DNA from: Sphingomonadales bacterium | GTDB taxonomy: Bacteria; Pseudomonadota; Alphaproteobacteria; Sphingomonadales; Sphingomonadaceae | DNA: 51,617 nt | NCBI GenBank assembly: GCA_027485485.1 | Contig: JAIXQY010000219.1 | Span: forward strand, 1-51,617 | Reading direction: 5' to 3' | Made by a program: the position numbers and the translations under genes | Notes under the pieces: generated by a model | The model's input: the letters and a program-made list of their open reading frames with translations, nothing else | Told to the model about the DNA's origin: nothing | Databases searched by the model: none | In this document: piece after piece, positions 1 through 11,217 of the stretch | Layout: the number at the start of each line of letters is the position of its first letter | Position numbering within the stretch: position 1 is the first letter of the stretch

Positions 1-2049
<2,049 letters not shown>

Positions 2050-2172
2050 CAAGTTTCATGCACTCATTGCATGGCTGATGCTGAGATTGCTGCACTGCAA
2101 AACGGATGGGCATGGTCGTATATGGCTCTTGTCAGCCGGGAATTGGCCCGGTTCACAAACAGGAGCGTACCA

Positions 2173-2322
2173 ATGAAAGTCGTATCGACTGAATTTGAAC
2201 CGCAGGTGCGCGCTGTTCCGATTGCCGAAGTTTTCGCGCCGGTCCGCCCCCTGCCCATCCGCAAGCGTCGCATCATGCTGACGCCGGCTGTGGTGGAAGC
2301 CCGCTTGTTCCACGCGCTGTAA
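2173..2322 (+). CDS. Small hypothetical protein (49 aa, MKVVSTEFEPQV…RLFHAL)
   Basis: AGGAG at 2161-2165 lies 7 nt before the ATG at 2173. The ORF fills the gap between ligA and the convergent prmA. Confidence 0.5.
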   Translation: MKVVSTEFEPQVRAVPIAEVFAPVRPLPIRKRRIMLTPAVVEARLFHAL

Positions 2323-2352
2323 TCAGCGCTGGAACGGCGGAAGCCACGGGCA

Positions 2353-3243
2353 TCACACCCGTTTTTTCGTGAGCACCAGGCAGGGCCATTCGGCCCGCAT
2401 GTCCATCGCGCCGGCCGGTACCAAAGCGTGCCGGCGATAGGCGTTGGCCACAGCGCGTTGCTGGTGGTGGAGCAGCCCCGCCATCACCAGCACGCCGCCT
2501 GGTGCCACAACCGCAGACAAATCGCGCGCCAGCGCCACCAGCGGCGCCGCCAGGATGTTGGCCAGCACCAGATCATAGGGCGCTCGTGACCGCAGCGCCG
2601 GGGCCGAAAGCCCGGTTGCGATCGCCGTTGCCATGCGCCCTGCACATACACCTGCGACGAAATGGTTCAGCGCCATATTCTCCCGCGTCACCGTGATGGC
2701 GATGGGATCAATATCGCTGGCGATGCAGTGCGCGTTGCGGTGCTGGCGCTGCGCCGCCATGGCCAGCACGCCGGTGCCGGTGCCGATATCGGCGATATTG
2801 CCGAACCGCCGCGCCTTGCCCAGCCGCGCCAGCGCCTTCAAGCAACCGTGGGTGGTGGCATGTTGCCCGGTGCCAAAGGCCAGGCCGGCGTCGATGCGCA
2901 GGCCCCAATCGCTGGCGCGCACCGCATCGGCGTGCTCGGCGGTGTGCACCACAAAGCGCCCGGCCCGCACCGGCTCCAGCCCGCGCTGGGACATCACGGT
3001 CCAATCCGCCTCTTCCAGTTCGGCCAGCGCGATTTCATTCGCCGACGGGAAATAGGCAACAATCTGGTCGGCCGTGGCCTGGCTGGGCTCCTCGGCGAAA
3101 TAAGCGATCAGCAGCCAGTCGTCCGGCCGCGATGGATCGGGCTCCTCCACGTTGAGCGTGGGCGGATCGTCCATCACGTCGAACAGATCGGGCAGATTTT
3201 CGGCGTCGGCGCGGTTGACGCGGAAGCTCAGGGTCCAGCTCAT
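2353..3243 (-). CDS. prmA: 50S ribosomal protein L11 methyltransferase
   Basis: Motifs AFGTGQHATT, DIGTGTGVLA and LVLANILA. Start placed at MSWTLSF, which overlaps the hisZ stop (ATGA). Confidence 0.93.
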   Translation of the reverse strand: MSWTLSFRVNRADAENLPDLFDVMDDPPTLNVEEPDPSRPDDWLLIAYFAEEPSQATADQIVAYFPSANEIALAELEEADWTVMSQRGLEPVRAGRFVVHTAEHADAVRASDWGLRIDAGLAFGTGQHATTHGCLKALARLGKARRFGNIADIGTGTGVLAMAAQRQHRNAHCIASDIDPIAITVTRENMALNHFVAGVCAGRMATAIATGLSAPALRSRAPYDLVLANILAAPLVALARDLSAVVAPGGVLVMAGLLHHQQRAVANAYRRHALVPAGAMDMRAEWPCLVLTKKRV

Positions 3244-4337
3244 GCCGGAACCGCCGCGCCGGCCTGCCAGACATGGCTGCACCCCAGCGCCGCGGCGCTG
3301 CTGCCGGCGTCAAGCGTCGCCACCGTGATCCAGCCAGCGGCGCGCAGGGCAGCAGCATCGGCGGCCAGCGTGCCCAGCGGCAGCAGGATGCGCTGTTGCG
3401 GCTCGACACCCAGGCCCAGATCGACCAGCCCATCGACATAGAGCGAAAAGCCGATGGCCGGTTCGGGCGCGCCATCCGGCCGATTGACCAGCCAGGCCCC
3501 GCCGCGCCCCAGCTCGGCCGCCAGCCCGGCGCCAAACAGCGAGAAGCCCAGCCACGTCTGATATTCAAAGCCATGGCGTTCGGTGGGATCGAGCGTGACG
3601 CTCACGCCGTGAAGCCCGGCCGCCAGCGCGGCGATGGCATCCAGCCGATCCAATATGGCATCGGGCAGATCAAGCTGACGCAGCGCGATGATCGCGGCCT
3701 CCACCGGGCCGGCTGCAGCAATCAAGGGCACGAACTGGCTGGCGCCCAGTGCCTTTAAGGCGCCGATATCCTTGCCATCGAGCAGCGCCTGCACCTCCGC
3801 CAGACTGCCGCGCCCCAACGACCAGCCGGCCGCAGCCAGATCGGCCACCAGTGTGGGCATGGTGAGATCAACCGACAGCCCGGTCACGCCGGCGGTGGCC
3901 AGCGCTTCGATCGCCAATTGCAGCACCTCGGCCGCCGCCGCCGGGCCATCGCTGCCGATCAACTCCACGCCGGCCTGGGTGCGTTCGCGTTCAGGTGACA
4001 GCTGGTCGCCGCGCACGCGCAGCACCTGGCCGGCATACATCAGCCGCAGCGGCCGCGCCTGCCCGGCCAGCCGTGTCACGGCGATGCGGCCCACCTGGCC
4101 GGTGATGTCAGACCGCAGCGCCAGCGTCATCTGGCTGACCGGATCGGTGAAGCGCAACCGTTCGCGGCTGCTGCCGCTGGCCAGGCTGCTTTCATATTCG
4201 ATCAGCGGCGGCGCCACCCGTTCATAACCATGGGCCGCGCACACGCCGGTGAGGGTGCGCACCAGGCTGGCCAGCGCCTGCGCCTGCGGCGGCAGCCGAT
4301 CGCGCAGGCCTTCGGGGAGGAGACCGATGATGTTCAT
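3240..4337 (-). CDS. hisZ: ATP phosphoribosyltransferase regulatory subunit
   Basis: LLPEGLRDRLP N-terminus, LRSDITGQVGRIA, RLMYAG and QAGVELIG; HisRS-like paralog downstream of serA. Confidence 0.92.
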   Translation of the reverse strand: MNIIGLLPEGLRDRLPPQAQALASLVRTLTGVCAAHGYERVAPPLIEYESSLASGSSRERLRFTDPVSQMTLALRSDITGQVGRIAVTRLAGQARPLRLMYAGQVLRVRGDQLSPERERTQAGVELIGSDGPAAAAEVLQLAIEALATAGVTGLSVDLTMPTLVADLAAAGWSLGRGSLAEVQALLDGKDIGALKALGASQFVPLIAAAGPVEAAIIALRQLDLPDAILDRLDAIAALAAGLHGVSVTLDPTERHGFEYQTWLGFSLFGAGLAAELGRGGAWLVNRPDGAPEPAIGFSLYVDGLVDLGLGVEPQQRILLPLGTLAADAAALRAAGWITVATLDAGSSAAALGCSHVWQAGAAVPA

Positions 4338-4375
4338 GCGCAGGCGGTTAGCCGGTTGGGGGAGTCTCTACAAGT

Positions 4376-4490
4376 TCCTCCCCAAACTTGTTTGGGGAGG
4401 TGCCGAGCAACGCGAGGCGGAGGGGCACTTTCGGTATAGGCCCCTCCGTCAGCCTTCGGCTGCCACCTCCCCAAACAAGTTTGGGGAGGA
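4376..4490. repeat. Palindromic intergenic element (REP/RIME-like)
   Basis: Perfect 27-bp inverted repeats at 4376-4402 (tcctccccaaacttgtttggggaggtg) and 4464-4490. Each arm is itself a hairpin. Confidence 0.85.
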
Positions 4491-4499
4491 TCGTTTTGG

Positions 4500-6080
4500 T
4501 CACACGAAGTGCAGGGCGCTGGCCACCTTCACGCCGGGCAGGGCGCGGATGTCGCCCAGCAGCGCATCGGGAATGGCGCTGTCGACGCTGAGCAGCAACA
4601 CCGCCTCACCACCGGAATCGCGCCGCCCCAGGTGGAAGGTGCCGATGTTGACGGCCGCGCCGCCCAGCGCCGAACCCAGCCGGCCGATGAAGCCCGGCTT
4701 GTCCTCGTTGACGATATACAACATGTCGCCGGCCAGATCGGCTTCCACCGTGATGCCGAAAATCTCGGTCAGGCGCGGCTTGGACATGCCGAACAGGGTG
4801 CCGGCCACCGTGCGCGGGCCATTGGCGGTCTGCACCGTCACGCGCAGCAGCGTGTTGTAATCGGTGTCGCGCTCGTGGCGCACTTCGGCGATCTCGATCT
4901 CGCGCTCGCGCGCCAGATAGGGGGCGTTGACCATGTTCACCGTGTCGCTGTGCACGCGCATCAGACCGGCCAGCACCGCGGCGGTGATCGGCTTGATGTT
5001 GAGCTGCGCGGCGGCACCTTCCACCTCGACGCGGACCGACCTGATGCCATCGGCATCGAGCTGGCCAACCAGGCTGCCCAGCCGCTCGGCCAGCACCATA
5101 TAGGGCCGCAGGCGCGGCGCTTCTTCGGCGCTGAGCGATGGCATGTTGAGCGCGTTGGTGACGCCGCCGGTGAGCAGGAAATCCGAAAGCTGTTCCGCCA
5201 CCTGGATGGCAACATTCACCTGGGCTTCGTCGGTGCTGGCGCCAAGGTGCGGCGTGGAGACGAAATTGGGCGTGCCGAACAGCGGCGACGCCTTGGCCGG
5301 TTCTTCGGCAAACACGTCGAGCGCGGCGCCGCCAATGTGCCCGCTGTCGAGCAATTCCTTCAACGCCACTTCGTCGATCAGGCCGCCGCGCGCGCAGTTG
5401 ACGATGCGGATGCCCGGCTTGCACTTCAGCAGATTCTCGCGGCTGAGGATGTTGCGGGTGCTGTCGGTGAGCGGGGTGTGCAGGCTGATGAAATCGGCAC
5501 CGGCCAGCAGTTCATCGAGCGTCACCTTGGTCACGCCCATATGCTCGGCGCGTTCGGGGGTGAGGAAGGGATCATAGGCGATCACCTTCATCTTCAGGCC
5601 GAGCGCGCGATCGGCGACGATGCTGCCGATGTTGCCGGCGCCGATCAGGCCCAGCGTCTTGGCGGTGACTTCCACGCCCATGAAGCGATTCTTTTCCCAC
5701 TTGCCGGCCTGGGTGGAGGCATCGGCTTCGGGCAGCTGGCGGGCCAGCGCGAACATCAGGGCGATGGCATGTTCGGCGGTGGTGATTGAATTGCCGAACG
5801 GCGTGTTCATCACGACCACGCCGCGCGCCGAAGCGGACGGAATGTCGACATTGTCCACCCCGATGCCGGCACGGCCGACGACCTTCAGATTGGTGGCAGC
5901 CGCCAGCACATCCTTGGTCACCTTGGTGGAGGAGCGGATGGCGAGGCCATCATAGTTGCCGATGATCTTGATCAGCTCGTCTTTCGACAGTCCGATGATT
6001 TCGTCCACCTCGATGCCGCGGGCGCGGAAGATCTCGGCGGCTTTCGGGGACATTTGATCGGAAATGAGGACTTTGGGCAT
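4500..6080 (-). CDS. serA: D-3-phosphoglycerate dehydrogenase
   Basis: MPKVLISDQ start, GRAGIGVDNVD, GAGNIG Rossmann motif, TPHLGAST and a C-terminal ACT domain. Confidence 0.97.
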   Translation of the reverse strand: MPKVLISDQMSPKAAEIFRARGIEVDEIIGLSKDELIKIIGNYDGLAIRSSTKVTKDVLAAATNLKVVGRAGIGVDNVDIPSASARGVVVMNTPFGNSITTAEHAIALMFALARQLPEADASTQAGKWEKNRFMGVEVTAKTLGLIGAGNIGSIVADRALGLKMKVIAYDPFLTPERAEHMGVTKVTLDELLAGADFISLHTPLTDSTRNILSRENLLKCKPGIRIVNCARGGLIDEVALKELLDSGHIGGAALDVFAEEPAKASPLFGTPNFVSTPHLGASTDEAQVNVAIQVAEQLSDFLLTGGVTNALNMPSLSAEEAPRLRPYMVLAERLGSLVGQLDADGIRSVRVEVEGAAAQLNIKPITAAVLAGLMRVHSDTVNMVNAPYLAREREIEIAEVRHERDTDYNTLLRVTVQTANGPRTVAGTLFGMSKPRLTEIFGITVEADLAGDMLYIVNEDKPGFIGRLGSALGGAAVNIGTFHLGRRDSGGEAVLLLSVDSAIPDALLGDIRALPGVKVASALHFV

Positions 6081-6093
6081 GGGATTCTTCCTT

Positions 6094-6206
6094 CTCCCCT
6101 CCCGCTTGCGGGAGGGGCTGGGGGTGGGAATGGTTTCGTGCGGGACGGCTGACGCGGGCTGGTGGGCAGAACCCACCCCCGACCCCTCCCGCGAGCGGGA
6201 GGGGAG
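6094..6206. repeat. Palindromic intergenic element (REP/RIME-like)
   Basis: ctcccctcccgcttgcgggaggggctgggggtggg … cccacccccgacccctcccgcgagcgggaggggag: inverted arms with internal hairpins. Confidence 0.85.
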
Positions 6207-6209
6207 GAT

Positions 6210-7334
6210 TCAGGCGGCCGTCACCTGGGCGTAAGCCCAATCAAGCCAATGCGTCAGCGCCACCACGTCGGCGGTGTCCACCGTGGCGCCGCACCAGATG
6301 CGCAGGCCGGCCGGGGCGTCGCGATACGCGCCGATGTCATAGGCGGCCTTCTCCTTTTCGAGGAGGCTGACGATGGCCTTCACCTTGTCTTCGGCCAGAT
6401 CGGGCAGCACCAGGCAGACGCTGGTGTTGGAGCGCGATGCTGCATCCTTGGCCAGATGTTCCACCCACGGGCGCGCTTGCACCCAGGCATCCAGCGCGGC
6501 GGCATTGGCATCGGCGCGGGCCTTGAGCGCGTCGAGCCCGCCCAGGCTGTCAGCCCATGACAGCGCGTCGATATAATCCTCGACCGCCAGCATGGAGGGG
6601 GTGTTGATGGTCTCGCCGACGAAGATGCCTTCGGTCAGCTTGCCCTTGGAGACGAGGCGGAAGATCTTGGGCAGCGGCCAGGCCGGGGTGTAGCTTTCGA
6701 GGCGCTCTACAGCGCGGGGGCCGAGGATGAGCATGCCGTGGCCGCCTTCGCCGCCCAGCACCTTCTGCCAGCTGTAGGTCAACACATCGACCTTGTCCCA
6801 ATCCACGTCCTGCGCGAACACGGCGGAGGTGGCATCGGCAAAGGTGAGGCCTTCGCGGTCTGCCGGCACCCAGTCATAATTGGGCACACGCACGCCCGAT
6901 GTGGTGCCGTTGGCGGTGAACAGCACATCGTTCGTGAAGTCCACAGCGCTCAGATCGGGCAGTTCGCCATAGGGAGCAGTGATGATGGTGGGGTTCAATT
7001 TCAATTGCTTGGCGGCATCGGTCACCCAGCCTTCGCCAAAGCTTTCCCAGGCCAATGCCGTGACGGGGCGGGCGCCGAGCATCGTCCACATCGCCAGTTC
7101 ATAGGCGCCGGTGTCGCTGGCCGGCACGATGCCGATGCGGTGCGTGTCAGGGATGCCAAGCAGCTTGCGCGTCAAATCAATGGCGTGTTTCAGCCGCGCC
7201 TTGCCCAGCTTTGACCGGTGCGAGCGGCCAAGGGAGGCAGTGTCGAGTTGTTCGGGGCTCCAGCCAGGGCGCTTGGCGCAGGGACCGGACGAAAAATGTG
7301 CCCGCGCCGGAAGCGCGGTGGGACGATCAGTCAT
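6210..7334 (-). CDS. serC: Phosphoserine aminotransferase (alphaproteobacterial type)
   Basis: [16 protein letters not shown] (PLP lysine), ETINTPSML and GLRIWCG motifs; directly upstream of serA. Confidence 0.96.
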   Translation of the reverse strand: MTDRPTALPARAHFSSGPCAKRPGWSPEQLDTASLGRSHRSKLGKARLKHAIDLTRKLLGIPDTHRIGIVPASDTGAYELAMWTMLGARPVTALAWESFGEGWVTDAAKQLKLNPTIITAPYGELPDLSAVDFTNDVLFTANGTTSGVRVPNYDWVPADREGLTFADATSAVFAQDVDWDKVDVLTYSWQKVLGGEGGHGMLILGPRAVERLESYTPAWPLPKIFRLVSKGKLTEGIFVGETINTPSMLAVEDYIDALSWADSLGGLDALKARADANAAALDAWVQARPWVEHLAKDAASRSNTSVCLVLPDLAEDKVKAIVSLLEKEKAAYDIGAYRDAPAGLRIWCGATVDTADVVALTHWLDWAYAQVTAA

Positions 7335-7383
7335 ATTCTCTCCTCACAGAGAGCGCGCGCCGCGTTGGGACGGCGTGGCCCGT
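7335..7383 (-). ncRNA. serC leader cis-regulatory RNA element
   Basis: Minus strand reads GGGCCACGCCGUCCCAACGCGGCG-CGCG-CUCUCUGUGAGGAGAG-AAU-AUG. It forms two hairpins, the second pairing the GGAG Shine-Dalgarno, in the position expected for the alphaproteobacterial serC element. Recognised by eye, not by covariance model. Confidence 0.75.
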
Positions 7384-7441
7384 TGCCGGCCTTAGTGGTT
7401 TGCGGCGGGGGGTCAAGGCATTTCGGCGAACCATGGCTTGC

Positions 7442-7532
7442 CGTCATCCCGGCGAACGCCGGGATCCATCGCCCCAACGCTGGTGCGGGCGCGGCGGTCG
7501 GGTGATGGGCCCCGGCGTTCGCCGGGGTGACG
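7442..7532. repeat. Palindromic intergenic element (GTCATCCCGGCG-type)
   Basis: cgtcatcccggcgaacgccgggatccatc … gatgggccccggcgttcgccggggtgacg inverted arms. Confidence 0.85.
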
Positions 7533-7555
7533 ACAGGGGCTTTATGCGGTGGGTT

Positions 7556-8455
7556 TCAGCCCAGCGACTCGACGATGGCGCGGCCCAGGGCCGGGAAATG
7601 GCGGTTGCGTTCGGCCAATTCGGATTTGGCGGCGAACAGATAGGCCGCCACCCAGATGCGCTTGCCCGATGGCGGGGTGATCACGGACACGATGTTGCGC
7701 GCGCGCCATTCGCTCGCGCCGGTCTTGTGCGCTTCCTTCCAGCCGGCGGGCAGGCCGGCGCGGATCATGTCCTTGCCGGTCTGGCTGTCGGCCATCCATT
7801 GCAGCAGCAGATCGCGATCGGCCACGCGCAGCACCCGGCCGGACAGCAGCGCGCGCGACAGGGCCAGCATGGCCGAAGGCGAGGTGGTGTCGCGCGGGTC
7901 TGACAGGTCCTCGCTGTTCATCGCAGGCTCGTTGCGGTCCAGCCTGGTGACCGGATCGCCAAGGCCGCGGATCCAGCGGGTCAACTCAGCCGGGGTCACG
8001 ATGGCGCGCAGGGCGGCGTTGGTTGCGCCATTGTCTGAAAGCGTGACCATGGCCTGCGCCAGGTCCAGCGGTTTGGCAAAGCCGCCGACCAGCGGTTTGG
8101 AAAAGGCCGACGGCGCCACAATATCGTCGGCCAAGATCTTCACAGCCTCATCGCGGGGGCAAGCGGCCACCTCTTCCATGTCGCGGCAGGCTGGACGGCC
8201 AATTTCCCGCGTCTTCAGGATCTTGGCCGCCAGCAGCAGCTTGAAGGTGGAGCACATCGGGAACCTCTGCCCGGCACGGTGCTGGAAGCGTTCCCCGGTG
8301 GCGGTATCATGGAGGGCGATGCCGAGGGGGCCGCCGGCGTCATGCTCGATGGTGGCAATGGCCTTGCGCAGCGGCGCGAAACGATCAGACAGGGCAAATG
8401 CCGGCGCGGCACCCAACAATGGCAGGCTTGCAACCAGCGTGCGGCGGGTGATCAA
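7556..8455 (-). CDS. bla: Class A serine beta-lactamase, Tat-type signal peptide
   Basis: FPMCSTFK (SxxK), SDN, omega loop LDRNEPAMN…DPRDTTSP and HKTG. TTG start at 8455 with AAGGAG upstream; TRRTL twin-arginine leader. Confidence 0.9.
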   Translation of the reverse strand: MITRRTLVASLPLLGAAPAFALSDRFAPLRKAIATIEHDAGGPLGIALHDTATGERFQHRAGQRFPMCSTFKLLLAAKILKTREIGRPACRDMEEVAACPRDEAVKILADDIVAPSAFSKPLVGGFAKPLDLAQAMVTLSDNGATNAALRAIVTPAELTRWIRGLGDPVTRLDRNEPAMNSEDLSDPRDTTSPSAMLALSRALLSGRVLRVADRDLLLQWMADSQTGKDMIRAGLPAGWKEAHKTGASEWRARNIVSVITPPSGKRIWVAAYLFAAKSELAERNRHFPALGRAIVESLG

Positions 8456-8543
8456 TGCGTGTCTCCTTGCCAGGGCGGAAAACATTACAGAAAATACATG
8501 AGCATAATAGCCCGTCAACACGGGCCAGAAAAGGAAATTGGGG

Positions 8544-9344
8544 ATGATCGATTGGAGCGGACAGCGCGTGCTGATCACCGGGGCGGCCAGTGGGATCGGG
8601 CGGGCACTGGCGGTGCAGCTGAGCCAGCGCAGGGCGCTGGTTGTGGCGGCGGATGTCAATGGGGAGGGCGTGGCCGAAACCGCCCGTCTGTGTGGCGGTG
8701 AGGCGCTGGTGCTTGATCTGGCCGATGGTGCGGCCGGGCCGGCAGCGGTGGAGCGAATTGTTGCCCGCCATGGCCGGCTGGACGCGGTGTTTGCCAATGC
8801 CGGCATTGGCTATACGCGCCGCCTGCTGAAGGCCGATCTGGATGATCCCGGCTTGGCGCGGCTTTGGGAAATCAACATGATCGGCCCCACGCGGCTGGCG
8901 CAGGCCCTGGTGGCCGCGGCCGAAGCCGGCGGCTGGCGCGGCCGGATTGTCATCACCGGATCGGAAAACAGCCTGTCGCTGCCGCCGTCCATCCAGAACT
9001 TCGGCAACGGGCTCTATGCGGCGGCCAAACATGGCGTGCTGATCTTGGCGGAATGGCTGGCCACCGAAACCCGCAACGCCGGCAAGCCGCTGGATGTGCA
9101 TGTGCTGCTGCCCGGGGGCGTCTACACCGGGCTCACTGCCGCGGGCCTTGGCGATGATCCGGCGAAATGGCCGGCAGACATGGGCATCATCACGCCGGAA
9201 CGTGCGGCCGAACTGTGCCTGAAGGGGCTCGATCTGGGGCTGTTCCACATCCCCACCCACGCGCATCTTCATGATGACATGGGCGCCCGCTATGCCAGCG
9301 TGGGCGCGGCCACCGCCGCCCTGGGCTTGACGAAAAGCGCGTGA
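8544..9344 (+). CDS. Short-chain dehydrogenase/reductase
   Basis: TGAASGIG, ANAGIG and YAAAK catalytic motif. Confidence 0.9.
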   Translation: MIDWSGQRVLITGAASGIGRALAVQLSQRRALVVAADVNGEGVAETARLCGGEALVLDLADGAAGPAAVERIVARHGRLDAVFANAGIGYTRRLLKADLDDPGLARLWEINMIGPTRLAQALVAAAEAGGWRGRIVITGSENSLSLPPSIQNFGNGLYAAAKHGVLILAEWLATETRNAGKPLDVHVLLPGGVYTGLTAAGLGDDPAKWPADMGIITPERAAELCLKGLDLGLFHIPTHAHLHDDMGARYASVGAATAALGLTKSA

Positions 9345-9399
9345 CAAGCCGGGCGGCCTGGCCTAACGCCCTCGGCCGTTTTGCGAAGAGTATGACATT

Positions 9400-10251
9400 A
9401 TGATGACACCGCCGATCCCGCCCAGCCTGTTCCCCAGTGCCGAAACCGATGCGCGCTTGGGCAACACCCCCACCGCGGTGCCGCAGACGGAGCACCCGGC
9501 CTATCGCCTGGCCTTTCAGGACCATGAGTTCCTGCTGCGCGAAGATCTGCGGCCGGTGCGGTTCCAGCTTGAGCTGCTGAAGACCGAGCTGCTGCTGGCC
9601 GAAGCCGGGATTGATTCGACCTTCGTCTTCTATGGCTCGGCGCGCATCCCGTCGCCCGAAGCCGCCCAGGCGCTGATCGATGCGGCCGAAACCCCGGAAC
9701 GCCGGGCGGTGGCGCAACGGCTGGCGGCCAACGCGCGCTATTATGAGGTGGCGCGTGAGCTGGCCGTGCAGGTTTCCAGCTTCTGCCAGGCCGGGGAGCG
9801 TTGCTTCACGGTCTGCTCCGGCGGCGGCCCGTCCATCATGGAAGCCGCCAACCGCGGTGCCTGGGAAAGCGGCGCGCCATCGCTGGGCCTCAACATCGTG
9901 CTGCCGCACGAACAAGTGCCCAACCCCTATGTGACGCCCGGCCTTTCGGTGCAGTTCCACTATTTCGCGCTGAGGAAGATGCACTTCCTGATGCGCGCCA
10001 AGGCGGTGGCGGTGTTCCCCGGCGGCTTTGGCACGTTCGATGAATTTTTCGAACTGCTCACCCTGGTGCAAACCGGCAAGGTCGCACCCCTGCCGATCCT
10101 GCTCTATGGCCGGGATTTCTGGAACCGCGTGGTAAATTTCGAGGCGCTGGCCGAAGAGGGCGTGATCGCGCCGGATGATCTGAAGCTGTTCCACTTCGTC
10201 GAAACCGCGGAGGAAGGCTGGGGCATCGTGAAGGCGCATTACGGGCTGTAA
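9400..10251 (+). CDS. LOG family (TIGR00730-like) nucleotide phosphoribohydrolase
   Basis: FYGSAR, SGGGPSIMEAANRGA, YFALRKMHF and PGGFGTFDE motifs. Confidence 0.92.
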   Translation: MMTPPIPPSLFPSAETDARLGNTPTAVPQTEHPAYRLAFQDHEFLLREDLRPVRFQLELLKTELLLAEAGIDSTFVFYGSARIPSPEAAQALIDAAETPERRAVAQRLAANARYYEVARELAVQVSSFCQAGERCFTVCSGGGPSIMEAANRGAWESGAPSLGLNIVLPHEQVPNPYVTPGLSVQFHYFALRKMHFLMRAKAVAVFPGGFGTFDEFFELLTLVQTGKVAPLPILLYGRDFWNRVVNFEALAEEGVIAPDDLKLFHFVETAEEGWGIVKAHYGL

Positions 10252-10334
10252 GGGGCAGGGGCAAGGCCCCTGCGCCCACAGCTGTTGGCGGCGCTGCTGA
10301 AACAAACGGGAGAGGTTGGCCACACCGGCCAATT

Positions 10335-10424
10335 TCCCCCACCCTGCTGATCAACAAGGTTCAAGGGTAGATCTGCCGGCGCCATTGGCCGATCGGTGCG
10401 GGTCGGCGCTGGGTGGCGGCGCGA
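10335..10424. repeat. Conserved ~90-bp segment downstream of paralog, copy 1
   Basis: Aligns with 11218-11308 (shared tccccca…ctga…ggttcaa…cggcgcc…ggccgatcggtgc…gtggcg…gatca). Confidence 0.75.
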
Positions 10425-10934
10425 TCAACCGTCGCCGCGTCTGTTCACGATAGGCGGGTCAAGCGGCACCAATGCAAAGTTGTACATATCTTCTATGGGC
10501 CAGCATTTTACCTTGAGGCAATACCCGTAGGATCCGTCGCTATTGTCTATATCTGTAAATATAAGGGTCGATATATCTTCATTGGAAGGGTTTACTGTAA
10601 ATTCCGATTCTGGCGGCGCTGTGGGTCGACCGTGATTTGGGGCTGCTGTAAATTCAACAGCATCAGATCGAGGTGTGGGAAATATTGCCATTGCTGGGTG
10701 GCCATCTTTATCAACAACTCTATTATTGAGCGTAAATCTCATGACTGTAGAATTGGTGTATTCGTCAGTCTTGTTCATTTGCGTAAGATCGATCGCGCCT
10801 GTGGCTGAGACGACATTCGTACTTACAGGAAGTGAACGTGTCATGCTGTATGCTGCGTCAATTGACCAAGTCGTGTTCGGATTCTGTTGTCCAGTCAAGG
10901 TCACAGTAATATCTAACTCCATTTGTTGTGGCAT
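10425..10934 (-). CDS. Hypothetical beta-rich protein, 169 aa, C-terminal LDPPIVNR (DP-EP/PixA-like by resemblance only)
   Basis: AT-rich ORF with AAGGGA RBS. Aligns without gaps to 11309-11818 at ~89/169 identities (manual count). Confidence 0.85.
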   Translation of the reverse strand: MPQQMELDITVTLTGQQNPNTTWSIDAAYSMTRSLPVSTNVVSATGAIDLTQMNKTDEYTNSTVMRFTLNNRVVDKDGHPAMAIFPTPRSDAVEFTAAPNHGRPTAPPESEFTVNPSNEDISTLIFTDIDNSDGSYGYCLKVKCWPIEDMYNFALVPLDPPIVNRRGDG

Positions 10935-11088
10935 GGCGCGTCCCTTTCGAGTTGATTGCTACAGATTTCTTCTGAAAATGCTCAGGCTCATAAAATCAAT
11001 CACAGACTGGTGAGTCTGTAAATATGATTCATAACTTTAGCAAAACAGAAAATACTCTTTTCAGAAAAATACTATTTTGTTCAATCGG

Positions 11089-11202
11089 TTATGAAGTAGC
11101 CACGCGGTCCAGCAGCCTGGCAGCGGGATAACGATTGGTCAGCGCGGTTTCGGCGATGCCGGCTTCGGGCAGCAGCAGGCGAAGGGCGGCCACCATCGCC
11201 AG
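11089..11202 (-). pseudogene. Orphan 3' fragment homologous to the C-terminus of the TIR-TM-TPR gene
   Basis: Translates as LAMVAALRLLLPEAGIAETALTNRYPAARLLDRVATS* versus LAMLAALRRRLPEADIAEPALTNRYPAAGLLNRVASS* (29/37 identical), with the stop position conserved. Confidence 0.85.
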
Positions 11203-11217
11203 GGTAGGCGGATAACC

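Noticed and set aside
7556-8806. 416-aa version of the beta-lactamase ORF
   Set aside because: The extension overlaps the divergent SDR gene. An RBS and Tat leader support the TTG start at 8455.
10252-10280. GC hairpin after the LOG gene
   Set aside because: No U-tract follows it, so it cannot be called a terminator or a repeat remnant with confidence.
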